64,000 nt of DNA. It comes from Amphiscolops sp. MND2022. Lineage: Eukaryota. The position numbers were made by a program, and so were the translations under genes. The notes beneath the pieces are model-generated. The model saw nothing but the letters and a program-made list of their open reading frames with translations. It did not search any database and was not told the origin of the DNA. The DNA lies in the NCBI GenBank assembly GCA_964187785.1, contig OZ076409.1:71922001-71986000 (forward strand), in the 5' to 3' direction. Below, in pieces: positions 38,801-54,300 of this stretch (positions within the stretch are counted from its first letter, which is position 1; the number at the start of each line of letters is the position of its first letter).

Positions 38801-40648
38801 TCTTAAAAAATTTCAAATGCACGCCATTTGCCGTATGAGAATAGCACAGAAAACTATCACATACCGATCAACTCTACTTCTATTGTAGATTATCAGATTT
38901 TTGTTTAGAACAAATTTTTATGGATATAAAAAATTTTTAAACCCTCCAAAAATGAGCCAAAATAACACGAAAAAATGGACCCTAAGTTTTTAAAATGTCA
39001 AAAAATTATCCAAACCACAGCTTCTTGGGGTTCTATCAGCTCCACGTGGTCCACAGAGTATGCTAAAACAGGTTTTGCCCGTTTTTGAGCAGTATATGAA
39101 AAAGCCGACATTTTTGGGGAAGAAAAACATACCATTTCCTAAATAATTTCAAATGCAGGCAATTTGCCGTATGAGAGTAGCACAGAAAACTATCACACAC
39201 CGATCAACTCTACTTCTTTTGTAGATTATCAGAATTATGTTTAGAGTAAAGTTTTATGGATATGAAAAATTTTTATACCCTCCAAAAATGGGCCAAAATG
39301 ACACGAAAAAATTGACCTCAAATTTTTAAAATGTCAAAAAATTATCCAAACCACAGCGTCTTGGCGTTCTATCAACTCCAAATGACCTTCAGAGTATACC
39401 AAACCACGTATTGCCAATCTTTTGAGCAATATTTAAAAACACCGACTATTTGGCAAGAACACCATAATATGTTCCATATAAGAAGTGAATCATTCCACAT
39501 ATATACCCGGTCTAATATTTCCAAATTAGCGATAACATTTATACATGATGGTTTTTGAAAGTGAGCTTCATAAGAGGTTGAGATGTAATAATACGTAAAT
39601 GGACCCTAAGTTTCATTGAAATCTCAATGGAATACGTCCAATCAACTTCAATCCTAACTATTATATAACAAAAAACACTTGAGTACATTCCATCTCCCCA
39701 TCGGGGGAGATGAGAATGTACTTTTCAAAAGCCAAAAACTTCGAATTTTAAATCTTTTGTAACATTGTATGTAACTGTTGAAACGATGAACGAATGAAAA
39801 TGCTTCTAGTACCTTCATCAATTTTTGCTTCAGCTCCTATTTCTGCAGAACAAAACCAAAAGACACACTTACAGCAGTTAAGTTCGATTGTATAACTCAG
39901 TGAGTAAAGGTATGACTGAGGAAGTTCACAAGTTGTTTCAAAAGTTTCCGGCCTTCCAAAATCATGAAACGTCCACACAACCAAGATAGCAAGTGAAAGA
40001 ATGCTGAATGCACCTTATTAGATGAGATAAATAATGTGTGGAACTTGCCATTATCTCAAGATGACGTTGATTTATGATCTTTTAAGGATAGTTCGATATG
40101 TGACCACAATAGTGGAAAACTTATTACTATTTGAAGAACACCGTGGAAAGCGTTCAGAAAGGACAGTATATTTGTTTCGAGCATGCATGCGTGTGTTCCT
40201 TTGGTGACGTTAGCTTAGTGTACATGACGGAGGTATTCGAGAGATTATGATAGAGTTTACTCACAAGTCTTTGTTTTTTTAAACTTTCTATGCCGTTGAG
40301 TACATTCGTAAGGTACATCCATCCCCTTCTCTGGGAATGTACGTTTGCCAAATGACTGTCATCCAAAATTCGTAATCCGGACGAGTTTAACTACATAAAC
40401 ATGTAATGAGCGTTTTCAATTCACAACCGAATAACATTTTTTTTCTCGAAAATGATGATGGTTTTGATTTTGATGTCTTCTACTTTTATCATCATGCAAA
40501 CGACCTTACCATGTCTCTCTTCTGTCGTCATTTGTACAACGCCACATAGCGTTCCGACGCCCACCGTCTGTGGGCATGCCGAGGCATGCCCTTCGACGAC
40601 GTATGCCAAATGAGCCATACCCGCACTCTGGAGTGCGGTAGCGGCTAG
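35885..40648 (+). mobile_element. Unit 18, family D2 (4764 bp), head h3, tail t8
   Basis: Same layout as D1 but clearly diverged; ends CCGCACTC-TG-GAGTGCGG, tagcgg, CTAG. Confidence 0.75.
38095..39460 (+). repeat. 336-bp tandem repeat, ~4 copies (D2)
   Basis: CATACCATTT anchor at 38120, 38456, 38792, 39128. Confidence 0.9.
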
Positions 40649-42634
40649 GTGGGCGGGGGTAATTCCCCAACAAAAATTACGGCCGGCGGGTTGGGTCCTG
40701 CCGGACGTCAAATAGTGTGAAACATCCAGTAGGAAACGGCGACATAAATCAGCGATTTTAAAATTTAACCGTTAGAATTCGGACTTGGAGTGCATGCGGC
40801 CCCAAAATGCCCATACGAATGGAAGTTCCTGCTGACGTTAAGCGATTAAAACACTTTATAAAAAGTTATGGCCCATTTTACGTTCACTTAGAGAGGTAAA
40901 ATGATGAAAAATTTTACAAAGTCGCTGATAACTCAAAATACATTAATTTTTGGTTTTTGACTGTGAAACAAGCTTAGAAACTTCATTTCGTGACTGTGAC
41001 ATTGCACTGAACACAAAAGATGTAGAGTTTTTACATTTTTCGAAAATTCGACATTTTTGATTTTTTTTCACTACTATCAGTACACTATATGTCAAAAACA
41101 CCTCTGAAAAAATTTTTTATTTGCTTTAAATTGGAAACCTTGGTATCCATGGTTTCTGTCGGAACCTACTAGCTGCCAAACACCCAACAGTTTGCATCCA
41201 ATGTGAAATTAAAATTTTTTTCGAGGTCTTAGGTGTTTCACAAGGATTTCTCAACTTAGTTTCAATTTACAAATTGGTCATATTGAACACATTATTTTCA
41301 TCGAAGCTTGTCAGATACCGCCCTAATGCTCACTAATGGGCCTACTGGCAACGTTGGAACCGTTTAAAGTAATAGAAAGTAATAAAAAAATTTTTTCACC
41401 CGTTCTCCAGTCATTTTTCAGACATTCGGAACTTATCTTAGAAAAATTTCGTCCCAAAAACCCATTTTTCGTCAGGTCGATAATTGAAATTCACCTTTTT
41501 ATGCAGAATTACTAACTCTGACGTAACCAGTGGGGTCCATGATACTCAAAAACACGATTGGGACCGGTACCAATGGCTCCAATATCATATGAGCCGCGAT
41601 AAGACGTTATTTTGAGCAATACGTCTCAATAGAGGTAAACATCTCGCAAGTCAGGGATCACTGTGAAATGTGATTTCATCAAAATTTTACTCATTTTCGT
41701 CAATCACTATGTGCACAGAGTGCGTTGGGTGAATTCCAGCACTATAATGAGGTTTTTGAAGGCATCGGGTTGCTCAAGGGGTGGTATGAGACATTTTTGT
41801 ACTATATACTAGTGTATTTTCTAAAACTTTTAGCCCATTATCTGGAAAAACTAACTTGACAAAATACTTTCAACTACTTTATTCAAAGGTTACAATATAG
41901 ATGAACACTGTGGTTGATCAGAAACTTTCATCTCTTTCGTTTTCCGAAATATTTCCCTTCGCATGTGTTACATTCGTAGCAGAAAAAAAATCGAAACTGT
42001 AAAATACGCAATTTTGCTAAGATAGAATCGCAATGATTGTGACTAAAAACTCTTTAAACACTTCTAACGCAACCTTACGCACCCAAAATGATCGAAAATG
42101 CTATTCACAATGGTGACATGTGCTCTTTCTACGATCCTGGCTGGACAAGGTTTGCATATTTTTCAAGTACCTGTCAGCTAAATCTTGTGATAGCCTTTTC
42201 AGTTGGCCTTGTGTCAACTTGGGAAGGCTATCACATCAAAAAACCATCAACAAAAATAATTTTTGTTTATTGGATCTTACAGTCGATACTTTTTTTCGTG
42301 ATTCTATACTACCGTTAGTATATTTCATCAGGTCACCTTACGATTGCATTCAGTCTTTGATAAAAACCTATGAACTCGAAGTCACATTTATATATTTTTT
42401 TGGCCAGAAAATAACATCAAAAATATCTAAAATATATAAAATAGAGTCTTTAACATTTTTACGTTTCAAGTTTTTGCCGTTATTAGGCCAATCAACGTCC
42501 TAGAGCCACATCCTGCCACATACTGTACAACGCCACATAGTGTTGCGACGTGCACAGTCTGTGGGCATGCCGAGGCATGCCCTTCGACGACGTATGCCGA
42601 ATACCGCGGGCCTACGCCCGCGCTCCCCGGCTAG
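40649..42634 (+). mobile_element. Unit 19, family A (1986 bp), head h1-like, tail t1
   Basis: Colinear A unit bounded by junctions. Confidence 0.75.
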
Positions 42635-45600
42635 GTGGGCGGGGGTAATTCCCCAACTAAAAAATCGGCCGGCGGGTAGGGTCCTGCCGGCCGTCCAAAA
42701 TCAAAAATATACTAGTAGAAAACGGCCGGTCAAACGAGCTATTTTTTTATTTAACCGTTAGAATTTGGGTTTAGATTGCATGCGGCCATGAAATGGCCAT
42801 ACGAATCGAAGTTCCTGCTGACGTTTTGCGATTGAAACACTTTATAAAAAGTTATGGCCAATTTGTCAGTCACCTAGAAGGGCAAAATGAGGAAAATTTT
42901 AACAAAGTCGCTGATAACTCAAAATGTGTTATTTTTTGGACTTTGACTGTGAAACAAGCTTGGAACCTTCATTTCGTGGCTGTGGCATTGCACTGAACGC
43001 AAAAGATGTAAAGTTTTTACATTTTTTGAAAATTTGACATTTTTGAAATTTTTTTCACTACTATCAGTACCATATATGTCAAAAACACCTCAGAAAAAAA
43101 ATTTTATTTGCTTTAACTTGGAAACCTTGGTATCCATGGTTTCTGTCGGAACCTACTCGCAACCAAACAACCAACAGTTTGCATCCAATGTGAAAATAAA
43201 AAATTTTTCTGGGTCATAAGCGTTTCACAAGGATTTCTCAACTTAGTATTACTTTACAAAATGGTCATTTTGAACACAATATTTTCATCGAGGCTTGTCG
43301 GCTATAGCCTTAATGTTCTAGAACGGTCCCACTGGCAACGTAGGAACCATTTATAGTAATAGAAAGTTTTTAAAAAATATTTTCACCCTGTTTTCAGTCA
43401 TTTTTCAGTCATTCGGAACTTAACTTAGAAAAATTTCGACCAAAATACCCATTTTTTGACAGATCGAAAATTCAAATTCAACTTTTTAAGCAAAATTATT
43501 AACTCTGACGTAACCAGTGGGGCTCATGATACTCAAAAACACGATTGGGACTGGTACCAATGGCTCCAATATCATATGAGCCGCGATAAGACGTTATTTT
43601 GAGCAATACGTCTCAATTGAGGGAAACATCTCGCAAGCCTGGGATCACAGTTAAAAGTGATTTCGTCAAAAATTTACTCTTTTTCGTCAATCACTATGTA
43701 CACAGAGTGCGTAGGGTGAGTTTCAGCACTATAATGCGGTTTTTGAAGGAATCGGTCTGCTCAAGGGGTGGTATGAGACATTTTTTTGCATGTAGTACTA
43801 TATTTCTCAAAACTTTTAGCCCATTATCTCGAAAAGCTCACTTCGCAAATTACTTTCAGTTACTCTATTCGAAGCTTAGAATATATATGAACACTGTGGT
43901 TGATCAGAAACTCTTGACTATTTTGTTTTTGGAAAAAAACTGCCTTGCATGTGTTACATTAGTGGCAGGAAAAATACCAGTAGCTCCAAAAATCACAATT
44001 TTGGACGGACAGACCTGCAATGATGCAAAGCAAAAACGTTTCAACAACTTCTGGCGCCACTTTTTTTACCCAAGAGGTTCGAAAACACCATTAACAATGC
44101 TGACATTCGCAATAAATAAGATCGAGGTCTATTTACTAACACTTAGAATTTAAATTTTTTTCTCGGAAACCCATTATTGTCAGGTCGCAAATTCAAATTT
44201 GGTTTTGGAAGCAATACTTTTCACTCTGAAGCAAACCGTTGGGCCCAAAATACTCAACAACAACAAAAAGACTATCACCATATGCTCTAATAACATATGA
44301 GATGCGACTGTATGTTTTTAACACAATAACTCTCATTCTGAAGTAAACATGTTGAAAGCCTTGAATCACCGTGAGACGTGATTTCATCAAAAAACATTTC
44401 TTTTTCGTCAATCTTTATCTACACAGAACACGTTGTGTCATTTTCAGCCGTGAAATGAGCTTCTACCGTAATATGGGTTGCTCAAGGTGTTGTATAAGAC
44501 AAAAACTTCCTCTTTTCTACTATCTTCTTCAAATATTTCAACCCTTTGTCACAAGAAGTTAATATTCAAAATCTCTTTGAAATGTTTCTTTAGGTTGGGG
44601 TGAAGTGTTAGAACAATAATTATGATCGAAGAATGATAGTATTGGTGTTTGGACCATGTCCGGATGAACAAATTGCAAAATCATGAAAAATTTCTTACCA
44701 TTTTTGGTCATTTTGTCAGTACTAAAAATGTTAGCTGAAAAAGAATTTTTTGATGGCACCATTCGATTCCTCTCAAAAAGTTAGCTATATGAACTGTGTA
44801 ATAACCCCGTATCTTTTCAATTTAAATAATTTTAAAAAGCAAACTTTTTTGACTAAAATCCTAAAAATCATACCATTTCCTAAAAAATTTCAAATGCCCC
44901 CCATTTGACGTATAAGAATAGCACAGAAAACTATCACATACCGATCGACTCTACTTCCATTGTAGATTACCAGAATTTTGTTTAGAACAATTTTTGACGG
45001 ATGCAAAAAAAAATTAAACCCTCCAAAAAAGGGCCAAAATTACACGAAAAAATTGACCTTAAAATTTTAAAATGTCGAAAAATCATCAAAACCACAGCTT
45101 CTTGGGGTTCTATCAACTCCACGTGGTCCACAGAGTATGTTAAAACAAGTTTTACCCGTATTTGAGCAATATGTGAAAAAGCCGACTTTTTTGGGAATGA
45201 AAAACATACCATTTCCTAAAAAATTTCAAACGCACCCCATTTGACGTATAAGAATAGCACAGAAAACTATCACATACCGATCGACTCTACTTCCATTGTA
45301 GGTTACCAGAATCTTGTTTAGAACAATTGTTGACGGATGCAAAAAAAATTAAACCCTCCAAAAATGGGCCAAAATTACACGAAAAAATTGACCTTAAATT
45401 TTTAAAATGTCAAAAAATCATCAAAACCACAGCTTCTTGGGGTTCTATCAATTCCACGTGGTCCACAGAGTATGCTAAAACAGGTTTTACCTGTTTCTGA
45501 GCTATATGTGAAAAAACCGACATTTTGGGGAAGAAAAACATACCATTTCCTAAAAAACTTCAAATGCACGCCATTTGCCGTATGAGAATAGCACAGAAAA

Positions 45601-47395
45601 CTATCACATACCGATCAACTCTACTTCTATTGTAGATTATCAGATTTTTGTTTAGAACAAATTTTTATGGATATAAAAAATTTTTAAACCCTCCAAAAAT
45701 GAGCCAAAATAACACCAAAAAATGGACCCTAAATTTTTAAAATGTCAAAAAATTATCCAAACCACAGCTTCTTGGGGTTCTATCAGCTCCACGTGGTCCA
45801 CAGAGTATGCTAAAACAGGTTTTGCCCGTTTTTGAGCAGTATATGAAAAAGCCGACATTTTTGGGGAAGAAAAACATACCATTTCCTAAATAATTTCAAA
45901 TGCAGGCAATTTGCCGTATGAGAGTAGCACAGAAAACTATCACACACCGATCAACTCTACTTCTTTTGTAGATTATCAGAATTATGTTTAGAGTAAAGTT
46001 TTATGGATATGAAAAATTTTTATACCCTCCAAAAATGGGCCAAAATGACACGAAAAAATTGACCTCAAACTTTTAAAATGTCAAAAAATTATCCAAACCA
46101 CAGCGTCTTGGCGTTCTATCAACTCCAAATGACCTTCAGAGTATACCAAACCAGGTATTGCCAATCTTTTGAGCAATATTTAAAAACACCGACTATTTGG
46201 CAAGAACACCATAATATGTTCCATATAAGAAGTGAATCATTCCACATATATACCCGGTCTAATATTTCCAAATTAGCGATAACATTTATACATGATGGTT
46301 TTTGAAAGTGAGCTTCATAAGAGGTTGAGATGTAATAATACGTAAATGGACCCTAAGTTTCATTGAAATCTCAATGGAATACGTCCAATCAACTTCAATC
46401 CTAACTATTATATAACAAAAAACACTTGAGTACATTCCATCTCCCCATCGGGGGAGATGAGAATGTACTTTTCAAAAGCCAAAAACTTCGAATTTTAAAT
46501 CTTTTGTAACATTGTATGTAACTGTTGAAACGATGAACGAATAAAAATGCTTCTAGTACCTTCATCAATTTTTGCTTCAGCTCCTATTTCTGCAGAACAA
46601 AACCAAAAGACACACTTACAGCAGTTAAATTCGATTGTATAACTCAGTGAATAAAGGTATGACTGAGGAAGTTCACAAGTTGTTTCAAAAGTTTCCGGCC
46701 TTCCAAAATCATGAAACGTCCACACAACCAAGATAGCAAGTGAAAGAATGCTGAATGCACCTTATTAGATGAGATAAATAATGTGTGGAACTTGCCATTA
46801 TCTCAAGATGACGTTGATTTATGATCTTTTAAGGATAGTTCGATATGTGACCACAATAGTGGAAAACTTATTACTATTTGAAGAACACCGTGGAAAGCGT
46901 TCAGAAAGGACAGTATATTTGTTTCGAGCATGCATGCGTGTGTTCCTTTGGTGACGTTAGCTTAGTGTACATGACGGAGGTATTCGAGAGATTATGATAG
47001 AGTTTACTCACAAGTCTTTGTTTTTTTAAACTTTCTATGCCGTTGAGTACATTCGTAAGGTACATCCATCCCCTTCTCTGGGAATGTACGTTTGCCAAAT
47101 GACTGTCATCCAAAATTCGTAATCCGGACGAGTTTAACTACATAAACATGTGATGAGCGTTTTCAATTCACAACCGAATAACATTTTTTTTCTCGAAAAT
47201 GATGATGGTTTTGATTTTGATGTCTTCTACTTTTATCATCATGCAAACGACCTTACCATGTCTCTCTTCTGTCGTCATTTGTACAACGCCACATAGCGTT
47301 CCGACGCCCACCGTCTGTGGGCATGCCGAGGCATGCCCTTCGACGACGTATGCCAAATGAGCCATACCCGCACTCTGGAGTGCGGTAGCGGCTAG
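42635..47395 (+). mobile_element. Unit 20, family D2 (4761 bp), head h3, tail t8
   Basis: Near-identical to unit 18. Confidence 0.75.
44845..46210 (+). repeat. 336-bp tandem repeat, ~4 copies (D2)
   Basis: Copy of the unit 18 repeat block; boundaries approximate. Confidence 0.85.
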
Positions 47396-49383
47396 GTGGG
47401 CGGGGGTAATTCCCCAACAAAAATTACGGCCGGCGGGTTGGGTCCTGCCGGACGTTCAAATAGCGCGAAGCATCTAGTAGAAAACAAGGAGTCCTGAAAC
47501 AGCGATTTTAAAATTGAACCGTTAGAATTTGGTTTTAGATTGCATGCGGCCCTAAAATCCCCATACGAATGGAAGTTCCTGCTGGCGTTAAGCGATTGAA
47601 ATAATATATAAAAAGTTATGGCCCATTTTTGGGTCACCGAGAAGGTCAAAATGAAGAAAATTTTAACTAAGTTGCTGATAACTCAAAATGTGTTAATTTT
47701 TGGACTTTGACTGTGAAACAAGCTTGGAACCTTCATTTCGTGGCTGTGGCATTGCACTGAACACAAAAGATGTAAAGTTTTCACATTTTTTGAAAATTCG
47801 ACATTTTTGAATTTTTTTTCACTACTATCAGTACACTATATGTCAAAAACACCTCTGAAAAATTTTTTTATTTGCTTAAATTTAGAAACCTCGGTATCCA
47901 TGGTTTCCGTCAGTACCTACTCGCTGCCAAACACTCAACAGTTTGCATCCAATGTGAAAATAAAATTTTTTTGGAGGTCTTAGGTGTTTCACAAGGATTT
48001 CTCAACTTAGTATCAATTTACAAATTGGTCATTTTGAACACATTATTTTCATCGAAGCGTGTCATATACCGCCCTAATGCTCTTGAACGGGCCTACTGGC
48101 AACGTTGGAACCATTTATAGTAATAAAAAGTTTTAAAAAAAATTTTCACCCCGTCTTCAGTCATTTTACACACTTTCGGAACTTAACTTAGAAAAATTTC
48201 AACCAAAAACCCATTTTTTGTCAAGTCGAAAATTCAAATTCAGCTTTTTAAGCAAAATAAATAAATCTGACATAACCAGTGGGGCCCATGAAACTCAAAA
48301 CCACGATTGAGACTGGTATCAATGGCTCCAATAACATATGAGTCGCGATAAGACGCTATTTTGAGCAAAACATCTCAATTGAGGTAAAGATCTCGCAAGC
48401 CAGCGATCACTGTGAAATGTGATTTCATCAAAAATTTACTCTTTTTTGTCAATCACTATGTGCACAGAATGCGTAGGGTGCGTTTCAGCACTATAATGAG
48501 GTTTTTGAAGGCATCGAGTTGCTCAAGGGGTGGTATGAGACATTTTTGTCCCATATACTACTGTAGTTTCCAAAATTTTTACCCCAATATCTGGAAATAC
48601 AAACTTGACAAAATACTTTCAACTACTTTATTCAAAGGTTACAATATAGATGAACACTGTGGTTGATAAGAAACTTTCATCTCTTTCGTTTTCGGAAATA
48701 TTTCCGTTCGCATGTGTTACATTCATAGCAGAAAAAAAATTCGAAACTGAAAAATACGCTATTTTGCTGATATAGAATCGCAATGATTGTGCCTAAAAAC
48801 TCTTTAAACACTTCTAACGCAACCTTACGCACCCAAAATGATCGAAAATGCTATTCACAATGGTGACATGTGCTCTTTCTACGATCCTGGCTGGACAAGG
48901 TTTGCATATTTTTCAAGTACCTGTCAGCTAAATCTTGTGATAGCCTTTTCAGTTGGCCTTGTGTCAACTTGGGAAGGCTATCACATCAAAAAACCATCAA
49001 CAAAAATATTTTTTGTTTATTGGATCTTACAGTCGATACTTTTTTTCGTGATTCTATACTACCGTTAGTATATTTCATCAGGTCACCTTACGATTGCATT
49101 CAGTCGTTGATAAAAACCTATGAACTCAAAGTCACATTTATATATTTTTTTGCCAGAAAATAACATCAAAAATATCTAAAATATATAAAATAGAGTCTTT
49201 AACATTTTTACGTTTCAAGTTTTTGTCGTTATTAGGCCAATCAACGTCCTAGAGCCACATCCTGCCACATACTGTACAACGCCACATAGTGTTGCGACGT
49301 GCACAGTCTGTGGGCATGCCGAGGCATGCCCTTCGACGACGTATGCCGAATACCGCGGGCCTACGCCCGCGCTCCCCGGCTAG
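47396..49383 (+). mobile_element. Unit 21, family A (1988 bp), head h5, tail t1
   Basis: Near-identical to unit 10. Confidence 0.75.
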
Positions 49384-51372
49384 GTGGGCGGGGGTAATTC
49401 CCCTTCAAAAAATTCGGCCGGCGGGTTGGGTCCTGCCGGACGTCAAATAGTGTGAAACATCCAGTAGGAAACGGCGACATAAATCAGCGATTTTAAAATT
49501 TAACCGTTAGAATTCGGACTTGGAGTGCATGCGGCCCCAAAATGCCCATACGAATCGAAGTTCCTGCTGACGTTAAGCGATAAAAACATTTTATAAAAAG
49601 TTATGGCCCATTTTACGTTCACCTATAAGGGTAAAATGAAGAAAATTTTTACAAAGTCGCTGATAACTCAAAATACATTAATTTTTGGACTTTGACTGTG
49701 AAACAAGCTTAGAACCTTCATTTCGTGGCTGTGGCATTGCACTGAACACAAAAGATGTAAAGTTTATACATTTTTCGAAAATTCGACATTTTTGATTTTT
49801 TTTTCACTACTATCAGTACACTATATGTCAAAAACACCTCTGAAAAAAATTATTATTTGCTTAAAATTGGAAACCTTGGTATCCATGGTTTCTGTCGGAA
49901 CCTACTCGCTGCCAAACACCCAACAGTTTGCATCCAATGTGAATTTAAAATTTTTTTCGAGGTCATAAGGGTTTCACAAGGTTTTCATAACTTAGTATTA
50001 AAGTACAAACTGGTCATTTTCAACATAATATCTTTGTCGAGGCATGTCGGATATAGTCCTATTGCTCACGAACGGTCCTACTGGCAACGTAATAACCATT
50101 TATAGAAATGTAAAGTTATAAAAAAAATTTTTCACCCGGTCTTCAGTCATTTTTCAGTCATTCGGAACTTAACTTAGAAAAATTTCGACCAAAATATCCA
50201 TTTTTTGTCAGGTCGAAAAATCAAATTCAGATTTTTAAGCAAAATTATTAACTCTGACGTAACCCATGGGGCCCATGATACTCAAAACAACGATTGACAC
50301 TGGTATCAATGGCTCCAATAACATATGAGTCGCGATAAGACGTTATTTTGAGCATTACGTCTCAATTGAGGTAAAGATCTCGCAAGCCAGCGATCACTGT
50401 GAAATGTGATTTCATCAAAAATTTACTCTTTTTTGTCAATCACTATGTGCACAGAATGCGTAGGGTGCGTTTCAGCACTATAATGAGGTTTTTGAAGGCA
50501 TCGAGTTGCTCAAGGGGTGGTATGAGACATTTTTGTCCCATATACTACTGTATTTTCCAAAATTTTTAGCCCAATATCTGGAAATACAAACTTGACAAAA
50601 TACTTTCAAATACTTTATTCAAAGGTTACAATATAGATGAACACTGTGGTTGATCAGAAACTTTCATCTCTTTCGTTTTCCGAAAAAATTCCCTTCGAAT
50701 GTGTTACATTTGTAGCAGGAAAAAACCGAAACTAAAAAATACGCGTTTTTGCTGAGATAGAATCGCAATGGTTACGCCTAAAATCTTTTTAAAAACTTCT
50801 AACGCGACCTTACGGACCCAAAAAGATTGAATATGTCATTCACAATGCTGACATGTGCTCTTTCTACAATCCTGACTGAACAATTTTCGCAAATTATTCA
50901 AGTACCTGTTAACTGAATCTCGTGATAGCCTTTTAAGTTGGCCTTGTGTCAACTTGGGAAGGCTATCACATCAAAAAATTTTCAACAAAAATACTTTTTG
51001 TTTATTGGATATGACAGTCGATATATAATTTCGTGATTCTATACTACCGTTAGTACCTTCCATTAAGTCACCTGACGATTGCATTCAGTCTTTGATAAAT
51101 ACCTATGAACTCGAAGTCATATTTATAAAATTTGTGCTAAAAATAAACATCAAAATTATCCAAATAATTTAAAATTGAGTCTTTGCCGTTTTTGTTTTTC
51201 TTTTTCTACTGTTATTAGGCCCATCAACTTCCTACAGCTACGCTCTCTGTCATTAGTACAACGCCACATAGTGTTGCGACGTCCACCGTCTGTGGGCATG
51301 CCGAGGCATGCCCTTCGACGACGTATGGCAAATATAGCGTTAGCCCGCGGTCACTACCGCGGTAGCAGCTAG
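49384..51372 (+). mobile_element. Unit 22, family A (1989 bp), head h1, tail t6-like
   Basis: 5' part like units 1/16, 3' part like unit 13. Confidence 0.75.
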
Positions 51373-54300
51373 GTGGGCGGGGGTAATTCCCCAACAAAAA
51401 AATCGGCCGGCGGGTCGGGTCCTGCCGGCCGTCCAAAATCAAAATCCTCCTAGTAGAAAACGGCATGTCAAACGAGCTATTTTTTTATTTAACCATACGA
51501 ATTTCACCATTTTTTGCATGCGGCCCTGAAATGGCCATACGAGACGAAGTTCCTGCTGACGTTTTGCGATGTAAATGTTTTATAAAAAGTTATGGCCGAT
51601 TTGTCATTCACCTAGAAGGGTAAAATGAGGAAAATTTTAACAAAGTCGCTGATAACTCAAAATGTGTTAATTTTTGGACTTTGACAGTGAAACAAGCTTG
51701 GAACTGTCATTTCGTGGCTGTGGCATTGCACTGAACACAAAAGATGTAAAGTTTTCACATTTTTTGATAATTCGACATTTTTGATTTTTTTTTCACTACT
51801 ATCAGTACACTATATGTCAAAAACGCCTCTGAAAAAAATTTTTATTTGCTTAAAATTAGAAACCTTGGTATCCATGGTTTCCGTCAGTACCTACTCGCTG
51901 CCAAACGCTCAACAGTTTGCATCCAATGTGAAAATATAATTTTTTTCGAGGTCATAGGTGTTTCACAAGGATTTCTCAACTTAGTATCTATTTACAAATT
52001 GGTCATTTTGAACCCATTATTTTCATCGAAGCGTGTCAGATACTACCCTAATGCTCACGAATGGGCCTACTGGCAACGTTGGAACCATTTTTAGTAATAG
52101 AAAGTATTAAAAAAATATTTTCACCCGGTCTTCAGTCATTTTTCAGACATTCGGTACTTAACTTAGAAAAATTTCGCATCAAAAACCCATATTTGGTAGG
52201 GTCGAAATTTGAAATTCAGTTTTTTATGCAAAATTATTAACTCTGACGTAACCAATGGAGCCCATGATACTCAAAAACACGATTGGGACTGGTATCAGTG
52301 GCTCCAATAACATATGAGCCGCGATAAGACGTTATTCAGAGCAAACGCTCTAAATCGAAGTAAACATCTCTGAAGCCTGGGATCACAGTGAAATGTGATA
52401 TCACCAAAAGTTTACTCTTTTTTGTCAATCACTATGTACACAGAGTGCGTAGGGTGAGTTTCAGGACTATAATGAGGTTTTTGAAGTAATCGCGCTGCTC
52501 AAGGGGTGGTATGAGACTATTTTTTCCCATATACTACTACATTTCCATAAATTTGCAGTCCATTGTCTTGGAAAGATAACTTCACAAAAACAATTTTTCT
52601 ACTCTATTCAGTTATTAGAATAAAGTTGAACACTGTGGGTGATCAGAAATGCTCAATTCTTTTGGTTTTTAAAAAAAGTCCTTCGCATTCGTTACATTTG
52701 TGGAAGGAAGGTTATCAGTAGCTCCAAAAAAAACGAAATTTAGCACGAACAGACATGCAACGATGCAAAGCAAAAACGTTTTTACAACTTCCGACGTCAT
52801 TATTTTACCCAAGAAGTTCGAAAATATCATTCGCAATGCTGTCATTCGCTATATATACGATCGCGGTCAATTTACAAACATTTAGATTTCATTGTTCTGC
52901 TTGAAAACCAATTTTTGTCAGGTCGAAATTTTAAATTTTACCTGGGGAGCAATACCCTTCACGCTGAAGTAAACAGTGGGGCCCAAGTTACTCAAAAACA
53001 AGAAAGAGACTGCTACAATATGTCCTAATAACATATGGACCACGATAGTACGTTTTTCACACAAAAAACTCTCATCCGAAGTAAATATGTTGAAAGCTTT
53101 TAATCACCGTGAGAAGTGATTTCATCAAAAAATAACTCTTTTTTGTCAATCACTATTTACACAGAATTTGTAAAGTTAGTTTGAGTCATGAAATGAGGCT
53201 TTACCGTAATATGGGTTGCTCAAGGTGTTATATAAGACAAAAACTTCCTCTTTTCTACTAGCTTCTTCAAATATTTCAACCCTTTGTCACAATAAGTTAA
53301 TATTCAAAATCTCTTTGAAATGTATCTTTATGTTGGGGTGAAGTCTAAGAACAATAACTATGATCGAAGAATGCTAGTACTGGTGTTTGAACCATGTCCG
53401 GATGAACAAATCACAAAATCATCAAAAAATTGTTCCCTTTTTTGGTTATTTTGGCAGTACTAAAAATGTTAGCCGATAAATAATTTTTTCGATGGCACCA
53501 TTGGATTCCTCTCAAAAAGTTGGTTATATGACCTGTGTAATAACCCCGTATCTTTTCAATTTAAATATATTTAAAAAGCCAACTATTTTGACCAAAATCC
53601 TAAAAATCATACCATTTCCTAAAAATTTTCAAATGCACCCCATTTGACGTATAAGATAAGCACAGAAAACTATCATATACCGATCAACTCTACTCCTATT
53701 GTAGATTATTAGAATTTTGTTTAGAATGAATTTTGATGAATAATAAAAAAATTTTGAACCCTCCAAAAATGGGCCAAAATTACACGAAAAAATTGACCTT
53801 AAAATACCAAAATGTCAAAAAATCATCAAAACCCAGGCTTCTTGGGGTTCTATCAACTCCGCGTGGTCCACAGAGTATGCTAAAACAGGTTTTACCCGTT
53901 TTTGAGCAATATGTGAAAAAGCCGACATTTTTGGGAAAGAAAAACATACCATTTCCTAAAAAAATTCAAATGCACGTCATTTGCCGTATTAGAATAGCAC
54001 AGAAAACTATCACATACCTATCAACTCTACTTTCATTGCAGATGAACAGAATTTTGTTTAGAATAAATTTTACCGGATAATAAAAAAATTTGAATCCTTC
54101 AAAAATGGGCCAAAAATGCACGAAAAAATGGACCTTAAAAATTTAAAATGTCAAAAAATCATCAAAACAACAGCTTCTTGGGGTTCTATCAACTCCACGA
54201 GGTCCACAGAGTATGCTAAAACAGGTTTTACCCGTTTTTGAGCAATATGTGAAAAAGCCGACATTTTTGGGAAAGAAAAACATACCATTTCCTAAAAAAA

